A stretch of 32,000 nt of DNA from Promethearchaeota archaeon (GTDB lineage Archaea > Asgardarchaeota > Hermodarchaeia > Hermodarchaeales > Hermodarchaeaceae): the NCBI GenBank assembly GCA_048938295.1, contig JBHLMI010000013.1, positions 27,804-59,803 on the forward strand, given 5' to 3'. Within the stretch, counting starts at the first letter, position 1. The number at the start of each line of letters is the position of its first letter. The notes under the pieces are model-generated. The model ran no database searches. It worked only from the letters and a program-made list of their open reading frames with translations, and was not told where the DNA came from. Position numbers and translations under genes: made by a program. Below, in pieces: positions 8,272-17,243 of the stretch.

Positions 8272-9945
8272 GTGCCTAAAAAGAAGCGGGTAAAGAACGC
8301 CTATGATGACTGGGAGGTGAATGTTCTCAAACCCTATCTAAAAACAGCTCCAGAACGGACTGACCAGTTAATGACCACCTCCAGTAAACCCGTGAAACGG
8401 CTTTATTCACCAGCAGACCTCCCTGAATTTGATTATCAGCAGGACCTAGGATTTCCTGGGGAACCACCCTATACTCGTGGCGTCTACCCCACGATGTACC
8501 GGGGACGCCTATGGACCATGCGCATGTACTCAGGATTCGGTAATGCTGAACAGACCAACGAACGCTACCAATACCTCCTCAAACAAGGACAAACCGGACT
8601 CAGTGTAGCGTTTGATTTACCAACTCAGATCGGTTATGACTCAGACCATCCCATGGCTGCAGGTGAGGTGGGTAAATGTGGAGTCTCCATCCCATCTGTT
8701 GAAGACATGGGCATTCTATTTCAGGATATTCCCCTCGACAGGGTCAGCACCAGCATGACCATCAATGCCCCTGCAGCAGTCTTACTAGCGATGTATATTG
8801 TAATCGCCAAACGACAGGGTGTTGATCCCAAAGTTTTGCGAGGTACAATTCAAAACGATATTCTCAAAGAATACGTTGCCCGTGGAACTTACATTTACCC
8901 ACCCGAACCTTCCATGCGATTAATCACCGATACCTTCGCTTATTGTCGTAAAGAGCTGCCCTCGTGGAATACTATCAGTATTAGCGGCTACCATATCCGC
9001 GAAGCGGGCAGTACCGCCACCCAAGAAGTAGCGTTCACATTCGCCAATGGCATAGCTTACGTGCAAGCGGCCATTGAGGCGGGGCTGCAGATCGATGAGT
9101 TTGCCCCACGGCTCTCCTTCTTCTTTGGTGCCCATAATGATTTGTTCGAAGAAATTGCGAAATTTCGAGCTGCCCGTCGATTGTGGTATAAGATTATGCG
9201 AGAGCGATTTTACGCAGAGGATCCGCGTTCATGGCTTTTGCGTTTTCATACACAGACTGCTGGCTGTAGTCTTACTGCTCAACAACCCGAAAATAACATT
9301 GTTCGAGTCACAATGCAGGCGCTAGCTGCCGTATTGGGAGGAACCCAATCCCTTCACACCAACTCCATGGATGAAGCCCTTGCCCTCCCCACTGAAAAAG
9401 CCGCGACTATCGCACTCCGCACTCAACAAATCCTTGCCCATGAAACCGGTGCTGCTAACACTATTGATCCGTTTGCTGGATCCTATTTCTTAGAGAGCCT
9501 CACCAATGAAATTGAAGAGGGAGTTGAGGAATACCTTCAAAAAATCGATAAAATGGGTGGCGTCCTACGAGCCATCGAATCAGGTTATATTCAACGTGAA
9601 ATTCATGACAGTGCCTATCGTTATCAACGCGAAATCGAGACTGGTGAAAGGGTAGTAGTTGGTGTAAATCAATTCGAAATTCCTGAAGAGGAACGCACTA
9701 TTGATTACCTAAGAGTTGACCCAGCTGTCGAAGAACTGCAAGCCAAGAAACTGGCAGCCCTAAGACAATCCCGTGATGCTAAAACTGTAGAATCAGCGCT
9801 AAACAATCTCCAAGTAGCTGCAGAGGACATGGACAATCTCTTCACCCCCATCCTTCTAGCAGTTGAAGCCCATGCAACCTTGGGCGAGATATGCGATAAT
9901 CTACGCTTAGTCTTTGGTGAATACAAAGCACCGCAAATCTTCTAG
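8272..9945 (+). CDS. Acyl-CoA mutase large (substrate-binding) subunit, methylmalonyl-CoA mutase signature
   Basis: [24 protein letters not shown] (Tyr), [14 protein letters not shown] (Arg), [21 protein letters not shown]. No B12-binding domain, so it is a split mutase. Confidence 0.93.
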   Translation: MPKKKRVKNAYDDWEVNVLKPYLKTAPERTDQLMTTSSKPVKRLYSPADLPEFDYQQDLGFPGEPPYTRGVYPTMYRGRLWTMRMYSGFGNAEQTNERYQYLLKQGQTGLSVAFDLPTQIGYDSDHPMAAGEVGKCGVSIPSVEDMGILFQDIPLDRVSTSMTINAPAAVLLAMYIVIAKRQGVDPKVLRGTIQNDILKEYVARGTYIYPPEPSMRLITDTFAYCRKELPSWNTISISGYHIREAGSTATQEVAFTFANGIAYVQAAIEAGLQIDEFAPRLSFFFGAHNDLFEEIAKFRAARRLWYKIMRERFYAEDPRSWLLRFHTQTAGCSLTAQQPENNIVRVTMQALAAVLGGTQSLHTNSMDEALALPTEKAATIALRTQQILAHETGAANTIDPFAGSYFLESLTNEIEEGVEEYLQKIDKMGGVLRAIESGYIQREIHDSAYRYQREIETGERVVVGVNQFEIPEEERTIDYLRVDPAVEELQAKKLAALRQSRDAKTVESALNNLQVAAEDMDNLFTPILLAVEAHATLGEICDNLRLVFGEYKAPQIF

Positions 9946-11186
9946 CGTTCTATCAGAGAACGGTCCAGGGATGGTACTGTTAGAAAGACTATGGGGAGGA
10001 GTGCCAGTGCAATCAGGGCGCCTATGAAATAGACTCCAGGAAGTGCCAAGACACCAAGTACAACTGCCATAATAAGAGGGCCTAATGTTTGCCCAAGTCG
10101 AAGAACAAGTCCGTTTAGTGACATGACCGCTGCACGGTTCTCCATTGGGGCTAGATTCACAAGGAGGTTTTGGGTCGTGGGTGTAGCCAAGCCCATGCCA
10201 ACACCAAATAGTCCAATTGGAATGAGAATTATCAGTAGATGGGGTGCGAAGGGAATAAGGAACAGACCCAAGGTCTGAAAGGGAAACGCTGCCATTAGCA
10301 AGCCCTTCATGGAGTACCTTCGAATCAGAACTCCAACTAAGAAGGCTGTAAAAGCTGAAGTAACAGATATGAACGACACAACAAGCCCAGCAATGAATGA
10401 GTCGACAGAAAACATAGTAATTAGGAGAAAGGGTAAGTAGGTGATAATAGCTCCATAAAGCATGATGAAAATTGCTGTACTTACAATCAACAAACCAGCG
10501 ATCTGTCGATCTTGGAGGATATGCCAGATTTGCCCGAAATATTCACGTCGGTTTAGGAGTTGTTTAGATTTAGGCACATTAAGCCAGATGAGTACTGCCA
10601 AACCAATAGGGAGAGCTAGAAGCGGGAGATAGAAAGGGAAATACCAGGCGAAAAGCGCCAAGAACCCACCGACTGTGGGATAAATGGCTGTGGCAATGCT
10701 TTGGACGCTTACATTGTACCCCATCACTTGTGTGCGTTGCCGGTGGTGATACAAATCACCAATGATTGTGATATTGAGTGAACCAAGAGCGGCTGCACCA
10801 GCTCCTTGAAAGACCCGAAGAATCAGCAGCATGAAAAAGGGCGAGGTCCCCAAAAGAAGCCCTAAGGGTTCAGAAAACGCACAGCCAAATCCAGCGACCC
10901 CGAACAATAACAGAGAGGGAACCAATACTTGTTTACGACCATACCGATCTGCAGCTACCCCCAAAAAGGGAGTAAGGATGACTCCCGGAAGTGTGAATAC
11001 GATGACAAGAAGGCTGATCATGCTGGGCGGAACACTGAGAGCAATACTCATCGAAGGAAATGCCGGAGTTATACTTGCAACACCCATGACTGCAATGAGG
11101 GTTGTGCCAAAAATGGCTAAAAGATTAGCATTTAATGGAGGCCTTTCACCCCCATTTTCCTGCTCACGTACCCCAGCGGGTTGCAT
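9942..11186 (-). CDS. MFS transporter (multidrug/DHA1-like)
   Basis: Motif [11 protein letters not shown], second repeat RRYSMK, about 12 TMs. The stop overlaps the mutase stop; ATG 11186 is preferred over TTG 11201. Confidence 0.88.
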   Translation of the reverse strand: MQPAGVREQENGGERPPLNANLLAIFGTTLIAVMGVASITPAFPSMSIALSVPPSMISLLVIVFTLPGVILTPFLGVAADRYGRKQVLVPSLLLFGVAGFGCAFSEPLGLLLGTSPFFMLLILRVFQGAGAAALGSLNITIIGDLYHHRQRTQVMGYNVSVQSIATAIYPTVGGFLALFAWYFPFYLPLLALPIGLAVLIWLNVPKSKQLLNRREYFGQIWHILQDRQIAGLLIVSTAIFIMLYGAIITYLPFLLITMFSVDSFIAGLVVSFISVTSAFTAFLVGVLIRRYSMKGLLMAAFPFQTLGLFLIPFAPHLLIILIPIGLFGVGMGLATPTTQNLLVNLAPMENRAAVMSLNGLVLRLGQTLGPLIMAVVLGVLALPGVYFIGALIALALLPIVFLTVPSLDRSLIER

Positions 11187-11297
11187 AATGCGCCTCAACA
11201 CCTGACCTTCAATAAAAACGTTTGTAGAATACTAGTTCAGTGGAACAGAAGTCTTTTCAAGGTGCTACAGCTCAAAGAAGATGGAGATGAGTGTTTT

Positions 11298-11696
11298 TTG
11301 CGCATTGCTCACATCGGAATTGCAGTTAGAGATGCTGATATGGCTTTGAAATTATATCGAGAGGTTCTAGGATTGAAGCCTTCGTGTATCGAGACTGTCG
11401 AAAGCCAGAAGGTCAAAACAATTCACATTCCAGTTGGCGATTCCAGTATTGAGTTATTAGAATCGACGAGTCCTGATGGTGTCGTGGCACAGTTCATCGA
11501 AAAGCGCGGAGAAGGCATCCACCATATCGCTATTGAAGTGGATGACATCGAGGCCACACTAGCTAATATGAAAGCTCAGGGAATTCAGTTAATCGATGAA
11601 ACACCCCGCATGGGTGCAGGAAATATGCGTATCGCTTTCATTCATCCACGAAGCACCAACGGTGTGCTGCTAGAATTGTGCCAACCGACCAAATAG
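11298..11696 (+). CDS. mce: Methylmalonyl-CoA epimerase (VOC family)
   Basis: IAHIGIAV, IELLE, GEGIHHIAIEV, AFIHPRSTNGVLLEL. TTG start after GGAGATGA. Confidence 0.92.
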   Translation: MRIAHIGIAVRDADMALKLYREVLGLKPSCIETVESQKVKTIHIPVGDSSIELLESTSPDGVVAQFIEKRGEGIHHIAIEVDDIEATLANMKAQGIQLIDETPRMGAGNMRIAFIHPRSTNGVLLELCQPTK

Positions 11697-11711
11697 CTTG
11701 CTGTGAATTGT

Positions 11712-12548
11712 ATGGCTAAACCCCCTATCCCCCTTGAACCCCGAAACGACCCTTTCCAACACGCGCTGAGCAACACTTCAAAACTGGTATTTAGGCGATT
11801 ACTCCATTTTTCATCGCTTCCCTCAACCAACGCATACCTGAAACCGCTAGCTAAGGTAGGTGAACTCGAAGGATTAATTGTGCTAGCGGATGAACAATCA
11901 GAAGGGATTGGACGGTTAGATCATACGTGGTATTCACCACCTGGTGGATTGTATTTTTCCCTACTCGTTCGACCAATGAGCATTAGAGCTGATGAAACCC
12001 CGTTGATTACGTTGACAGTGGGTATAGCGGTCGCTAAGGTTCTTCAGACTGCATTAGGGCTAGAAGCCGTGTTGAAATGGCCAAATGATGTATTGTTAAC
12101 TAATCAGAAGGTGGCAGGGATTCTCGTCGAGTCAGCCTTTATTGGCAACGATATCGAATACGCTGTGATTGGTATCGGAATCAATGCCAATTCCACAATT
12201 GGAGATTTCCCGGATTTGCTCCAATCTAAGGTTACAACCCTTCAGGAGCAGCTTAATCGCGCTGTGAATTTGCCCAGACTATTCGGGTATTTAGTAGGTC
12301 AACTGGAATTTTGGTATGTCAAGCTGCGAGATAAAGGTTTCAAAGCTATCAAACCACATTATCAACGCCTCTGTAGAACCCTTGGGAAGACTGTGACTAT
12401 TGATGTGGGGGACAGGCAAGTCACTGGAAAGACAGAGAAAATAGATTCGGATGGAAGCCTCATCCTTCAGACGGCACAAGGACGCATGAGTATTCGGAGT
12501 GGGAACGTGGTTTCCTCAATCTCTGAAGCCACTAGTGAAGAACCTTAA
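11712..12548 (+). CDS. birA: Biotin-protein ligase (class I, no HTH)
   Basis: STN, QSEGIGRLDHTWYSP, KWPND, KVAGILVE, GIGIN, C-terminal SH3-like DSDGSLILQ. Confidence 0.92.
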   Translation: MAKPPIPLEPRNDPFQHALSNTSKLVFRRLLHFSSLPSTNAYLKPLAKVGELEGLIVLADEQSEGIGRLDHTWYSPPGGLYFSLLVRPMSIRADETPLITLTVGIAVAKVLQTALGLEAVLKWPNDVLLTNQKVAGILVESAFIGNDIEYAVIGIGINANSTIGDFPDLLQSKVTTLQEQLNRAVNLPRLFGYLVGQLEFWYVKLRDKGFKAIKPHYQRLCRTLGKTVTIDVGDRQVTGKTEKIDSDGSLILQTAQGRMSIRSGNVVSSISEATSEEP

Positions 12549-12591
12549 CAAGCCTTTTAGGCGTAGACTTCTCAAACCCAATTAGTGAACA

Positions 12592-12987
12592 ATGATGTCA
12601 TACTATGGTTTCCAGCCAGTTTTACCAGTAATGGCCGCACAATTCGAATTTGTCGATATGCTGTTAAACCTCATTTTTGGTGCCTTTGGATTGATTTTTA
12701 TCCTGTTCATTGCGATTTTTGTGGGTATCTTCATTTTTGCGTTCTACATGATCTGCAAAAGTATGCGTGCTGCAACCAAAGAGATGGACATACCCGAAAC
12801 CGTTCACCTTAGTAGTCAACAGAAACAGGACCGCCAACTCATCCGAGAAAGTCTACCAGCCGAATGCCCCCGATGTGATGCACCCCTCAAATACAATGAG
12901 GTTCAATGGACCGGTCCACGACAAGCCGAATGTCCTTACTGCGGCGAGGTCGTTGAACTAGAAGAGACAATTGTTGACAGCGATTAA
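12592..12987 (+). CDS. Membrane-anchored zinc-ribbon protein, hypothetical
   Basis: Long hydrophobic segment followed by CPRC...CPYC. Confidence 0.75.
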   Translation: MMSYYGFQPVLPVMAAQFEFVDMLLNLIFGAFGLIFILFIAIFVGIFIFAFYMICKSMRAATKEMDIPETVHLSSQQKQDRQLIRESLPAECPRCDAPLKYNEVQWTGPRQAECPYCGEVVELEETIVDSD

Positions 12988-13000
12988 AAAAAGAAGTTTT

Positions 13001-13026
13001 GGTGACAAGCTTTAGAGCTAGTCACC
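13001..13026. terminator. Hairpin between convergent genes; possible bidirectional terminator
   Basis: GGTGAC-A-AGCT-TTAG-AGCT-A-GTCACC flanked by A and T tracts. Confidence 0.5.
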
Positions 13027-13058
13027 TAAAATGTTTTTATTCAGATTGAGATGTAGAT

Positions 13059-13436
13059 TTAACTCGTCTTCCAGAGCATGTGAATATTGCAATATTCACG
13101 TGCCACGTCAGGCTTGCCTTTCATCGGGAAATCAGCTTCTGGTTTCATGCCAGGTTCCAAGAATTGGCGCATAATCGTGCCATCCTTGACCACCTGGATC
13201 CATTCAATCCAGTGGGCATCGACCATTGGGTGGGGGGTGGAACCAACAACGACATGAAGGCCGTCTTTGGTTTCTTCCACAACTGGGACATGTTTCTCGG
13301 TCTTGAAGTCGGCTGTTCGTTCCTCCATAAGTGTCATGGGTGCACCACAGCAGACTAGCGTTCCAGTACCAGTGTGCAGTACTTCGACGATGTTTCCACA
13401 CGTTTCACATTTATAGATTTGGAGTAGTTCAGTCAT
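13059..13436 (-). CDS. dfx: Desulfoferrodoxin (two-iron superoxide reductase)
   Basis: Desulforedoxin domain YKCETCG...LVCCG, EKHVP, HPMVDAHWIEWI, CNIHMLW. Confidence 0.95.
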   Translation of the reverse strand: MTELLQIYKCETCGNIVEVLHTGTGTLVCCGAPMTLMEERTADFKTEKHVPVVEETKDGLHVVVGSTPHPMVDAHWIEWIQVVKDGTIMRQFLEPGMKPEADFPMKGKPDVAREYCNIHMLWKTS

Positions 13437-13482
13437 TTTACAGTTTCACCATTCGATTACATTGATTATAGTAAGTTGATGC

Positions 13483-13758
13483 CTACCCCGCTTTTCTGAT
13501 AGCCTCTTGTTCTTTCTTCTTTTTGATCATTTCCTGTACGTCGTTGTAAATCTCTTCGCCTACGCATTCTTTGGCGTATTCACAATACTCCACGCAGGAC
13601 ATCGTATCGTTGTAAATGATAAATCCGCAACTCTCGCAGACCATCTTCACATCACTTGTAAAGAGTTCTACTTCTTCGCCACAACGTGGGCAGGTTTTGA
13701 AGATGATGGTGGGTCGTTTGAGGGGAGCAGCGCCAGGGCAGTCATCGATGATCTTCAT
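13483..13758 (-). CDS. Small Cys-rich metal-binding protein, hypothetical
   Basis: CPG, CPRC, CESC and SCVEYCEYAKEC motifs; protein-like composition. Confidence 0.8.
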   Translation of the reverse strand: MKIIDDCPGAAPLKRPTIIFKTCPRCGEEVELFTSDVKMVCESCGFIIYNDTMSCVEYCEYAKECVGEEIYNDVQEMIKKKKEQEAIRKAG

Positions 13759-13809
13759 GGTTACCAGTTAGAGGTTAATATTGTTGAACTTAAAACCGGT
13801 TTGGATTTT

Positions 13810-14112
13810 CTACTCGTCGGCTTCCTCGTCCTCATCTACTTCTTCGGACTTCGTAAGAGGCTTCGGCCTACCCTTAGATTCACCCATTGCATCACCAGCA
13901 TACCCCGCCACCTTCTCGATAGCCGCAATCAGCTGATCCTTCAACTCCAAGGAAATGCGGACGCCTTTCTTCGTTGGACGCCAACTCGCTTCCCCAGCCT
14001 GATAATAAACCCGAATATCTATCCCTAAGAAGCCCTGCCATTCAGAAAGGGATACCCAGATTTTTTCAGTTTCACTCCGTGGCAACGCCACTGGTTCACC
14101 TACAGTCGTCAT
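13810..14112 (-). CDS. PC4/Sub1 (p15)-like ssDNA-binding protein with acidic tail
   Basis: VSLSEWQG-x2-GIDIRVYY...WRPTKKGVRIS is the PC4 signature; GAGGT SD; TTTATA box near 14150. Confidence 0.88.
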   Translation of the reverse strand: MTTVGEPVALPRSETEKIWVSLSEWQGFLGIDIRVYYQAGEASWRPTKKGVRISLELKDQLIAAIEKVAGYAGDAMGESKGRPKPLTKSEEVDEDEEADE

Positions 14113-14282
14113 GAAATCGCCTTACCTCTCAATATCAGAATACACCCTATAAAGAATCGCTTTCACAAAAAAACGGTCATCCACCACTATAGGTCTACTC
14201 ACATTCAGAGGACCTAGCAATGCTCCCTAAAGGCGAAACCAGAAAATTAGAAAAAAGGAGGTAAAAAGAACACGTGAGGTTC

Positions 14283-14441
14283 TTAGATACCTCCCCTTCC
14301 CAGATTACCTTTCTGGGTCCACATATACTTGTACTTCCTCGATTTCTGTTCCTTTTCTTCAACGACGCGAGTTTCGTCAGTGTTTTTTCGCTGGTCAAAG
14401 TCTTTTTCATTAATCAAACGGTCATATCGTTGAGTTTTCAA
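14283..14441 (-). CDS. Putative small charged protein, 52 aa, not in the ORF track
   Basis: TTG start with a GAGGTG SD 5 nt upstream; MKTQRYDRLINEKDFDQRKNTDETRVVEEKEQKSRKYKYMWTQKGNLGRGGI. Confidence 0.45.
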   Translation of the reverse strand: MKTQRYDRLINEKDFDQRKNTDETRVVEEKEQKSRKYKYMWTQKGNLGRGGI

Positions 14442-14744
14442 GCAGACACCTCTTGAGCAGGAGAATTAACACACCAGCTAATAAACCCAGAACTCGCCTA
14501 GAAGGGTGTAAAACCACTTCCAGACTGAGTCCTGTAGAGAAGAATGCAAATCAACCCTAGAAATAACAGGAAGAAAATATGCTAAGCTCCCCTTTTCCAA
14601 TCCACTCAAACCACAAATCATAGGAGAACACCAAATTCGAAGAATATGGGAACAGAATGAGAAGCCAATTAACCGAAAAACAAGGAAACGGCGGTTTCGG
14701 CACTCCACATACGGGGCCTACCCCCGCCACATTCATTCAACGAG

Positions 14745-14909
14745 CTAATCCATCGGCTCGAACATATCCTTGCCAACGCCGCATACTGGACAAACCCAGT
14801 CTTCGGGAATGTCTTCGAATGCCGTGCCTGGTTTGACGCCGCCATCAGGGTCTCCGACAGCAGGATCATAAATATATCCACATGCCGTGCATTGCCATTT
14901 TTGTGCCAT
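14745..14909 (-). CDS. Rubredoxin, 54 aa, missed by the ORF track
   Basis: [54 protein letters not shown] is a classic CxxCG...CPxCG rubredoxin; GGTGA SD. Confidence 0.96.
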   Translation of the reverse strand: MAQKWQCTACGYIYDPAVGDPDGGVKPGTAFEDIPEDWVCPVCGVGKDMFEPMD

Positions 14910-15069
14910 GGTAGGTCACCAGATTTGTTGGCTGAGTCGGTGGTTATTACTGTTTGGGTATTATGAAGACCCTTAGTTTTTTCATGTTCCAGATTCTGAT
15001 AGGCTGTATTACCTCAAAAATCGATGACCATGCGAATTTTTTAACTGAAACGTAGGTATATGGTAATTT

Positions 15070-16467
15070 ATGTCATATCGTGAGTATGAGGAAACAGGCG
15101 GTGGACGTGGCCCTATTTTGGGCCTTGTGATTGGCATTGTTCTGTTGTATGCTTTTAGTTTCTACAATCTCTTCTACATCGCGTCACCATTTCTTCCGAT
15201 TATTATTTCGATTATTCTCGTTGCATTTCCATGGTTTGTCACCTTTTTGCCGGCGATTTCAGGATTTTTCTTATTTTTAATCTTACTGGGAATGGGTCTT
15301 GCATATCTGGTTCTCCAGTTGATGAAACGCGCAGCGGCAGGAACATTGCGAGTACTTTGGCTCTTGCAGGCTGTGTTCATGTTCGTAATTGGAATAGCGA
15401 TGGTCCTCTTCTTGGGGCCTTTTGGTTTGCTTGGGCTCATCTTTCCGGTCTTTGGGCTGATTCAACTATGGGTCTGGTTTCGGCGACGACAGAAGATTGA
15501 ACGCGCAGGTAAACTGGCGGAATTTACCGCGCAGTTATTACTTGAGGAAAAGCAGATGTTCATTGTACCCCTGGTTACCGCGGTGTTCAGTCTACTCACG
15601 GGCATTCTCATGATGGCAACCTTTGGAGCCATGTACACCTGGCTCCCCCTCATTGGCATCCCCCCAGAGTCTCTCATCTTTTGGGCGTTATCCATCCTTG
15701 TTCAAATTCCCTATTTGTTCGTCTACTTCTCCATTTTCTACATCTTTGATGGAATCAATGTGTCAATCGCTCATACTTGGTATCGAAATCAGGATCCGAA
15801 CCTTGCAGGGGCCTCTCGCGAGGTTCGTGGGGTTATGGGCACAATTATACGATTCGCTGCAGTTCGTACAGCGGTTTCGGTGGCGCAAAGCACGGCTCAA
15901 AGTGGAGGGCGACGCCAAGGAGGGGTATTTGCAATCCTCGGAGCCATTGCTAGTCGGATTATTGGAGCAGTTTTTTACTTTTTGACTTATTTCACTTTAC
16001 CAGCGATTATCATTGAGAAACGGGGTCTGGTGGCCTCAGTTAAACGTTCCGCCCGGTTGACCTGGCAGTGGCTTGTGGATGTTTACATTGCTGAGACCGG
16101 CGTCTCATCGGTGTTCAGTTTATTTGGTGCTCTATTGACGCTGGGTTTCATTGCGATTGGATTTCTCTTCGGTTACCTCATGGGCATCTTCATTACTAGT
16201 GACATCATCTTGTCTCTGATTATTGGAATCATCTTCACCATAGTGTTTCTTATCTTCTCGGCGATTCCCAGCTATTTCATCTTCCGCCCCTTGAACACGG
16301 CATACCGTACTTTCATGTTCTCCTATGCCCTCGATGAAGAGAGCGGATTCTCACTTCCAAGTAGGCTACCGAAAGCCTATCGGGACACAATTGAAGAAGC
16401 TCAGGCTGAATGGGAAGCCTCTGGCAAGAAACGCCAAATAAAAGAGCCACCTCTCGAATGGGACTAG
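15070..16467 (+). CDS. Multi-pass membrane protein (DUF6159-like; resembles the choline-transporter-like SLC44/Pns1 family)
   Basis: About 10 TMs; RQKIERAGKLAEFTAQLLLEEKQMFIVP and YFTLPAIIIEKRGLVASVKRSARL segments. The family call is from memory of motifs. Confidence 0.6.
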   Translation: MSYREYEETGGGRGPILGLVIGIVLLYAFSFYNLFYIASPFLPIIISIILVAFPWFVTFLPAISGFFLFLILLGMGLAYLVLQLMKRAAAGTLRVLWLLQAVFMFVIGIAMVLFLGPFGLLGLIFPVFGLIQLWVWFRRRQKIERAGKLAEFTAQLLLEEKQMFIVPLVTAVFSLLTGILMMATFGAMYTWLPLIGIPPESLIFWALSILVQIPYLFVYFSIFYIFDGINVSIAHTWYRNQDPNLAGASREVRGVMGTIIRFAAVRTAVSVAQSTAQSGGRRQGGVFAILGAIASRIIGAVFYFLTYFTLPAIIIEKRGLVASVKRSARLTWQWLVDVYIAETGVSSVFSLFGALLTLGFIAIGFLFGYLMGIFITSDIILSLIIGIIFTIVFLIFSAIPSYFIFRPLNTAYRTFMFSYALDEESGFSLPSRLPKAYRDTIEEAQAEWEASGKKRQIKEPPLEWD

Positions 16468-16512
16468 CGAGACTAGCCCCACTGAAGTATACGTTCCTTC
16501 TAGAAAGATAGC

Positions 16513-17097
16513 CTAGTAGGTTTCACAGAGGACTTGGAAGAATTTACGTGCATGGAAACAGGAAGGACATTGTTCTGGGGGTTCGTCACCCGTGTGCAAA
16601 TATCCACACTCGCGACATATCCAAATGGTGGGTTTCTTTTTCTTGAAGACGGTGTTAGCTTCGACTTCTTTGAGGAGGGCGGTATAGCGGTCAGCGTGAT
16701 GGGCTTCTACTTGGGCAATGGCGCGTACTTGTTTTGCGATGGCTTTGTAGCCTTCCTTTTCAGCGGTATTAGCAATCTCGGGGTACATTTGGGTGTGCTC
16801 GTAGGTTTCACCTTCGATAGCAGCTTTGAGGTTATCAGCGGTTGTACCGACTTTGAGGGGAGCAAGAGCGTCGACGGTGATTTCGGGCAGGGGTTTGCCA
16901 GTTTGTTTCATGACGGATTGGGCGGCGCGCCAAAAATTCTTGGCATGGACCCGTTCATTTTCAGCAGTAACATTGAAGATTTCAGAGATCTGTTCATAAC
17001 CTTCGTTTCGCGCGATGTTGGCGTAGATATTGTATCTATTACGGGCTTGGCTTTCGCCGATGAAAGCTTGGACCAGTCCGGTTAACGTTTTAGACAT
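16513..17097 (-). CDS. rbr: Rubrerythrin
   Basis: Diiron motifs GESQARNRY, ENERVHA, ETYEHTQMYP, EAHHADRY, plus C-terminal CRECG...CPSC. Confidence 0.95.
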   Translation of the reverse strand: MSKTLTGLVQAFIGESQARNRYNIYANIARNEGYEQISEIFNVTAENERVHAKNFWRAAQSVMKQTGKPLPEITVDALAPLKVGTTADNLKAAIEGETYEHTQMYPEIANTAEKEGYKAIAKQVRAIAQVEAHHADRYTALLKEVEANTVFKKKKPTIWICRECGYLHTGDEPPEQCPSCFHARKFFQVLCETY

Positions 17098-17243
17098 GGG
17101 GTTCTAACCTCGCGCTGTATCAGCCAGATTCAGGTTAAGAATCTTTGTGATTTCTAAGGATAGGGATTTTAGGCAACCGGTTGGGTTTAAGAGGAGTGGC
17201 TGCTGTAGAGGAACCATCCTGTCTGAAATGGAGAGTAACTGGT

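Noticed and set aside
14478-14881. 70-aa and 76-aa minus-strand ORFs in the ORF track
   Set aside because: The 70-aa ORF is an off-frame shadow of the real rubredoxin, and the 76-aa ORF lacks an SD and motifs.
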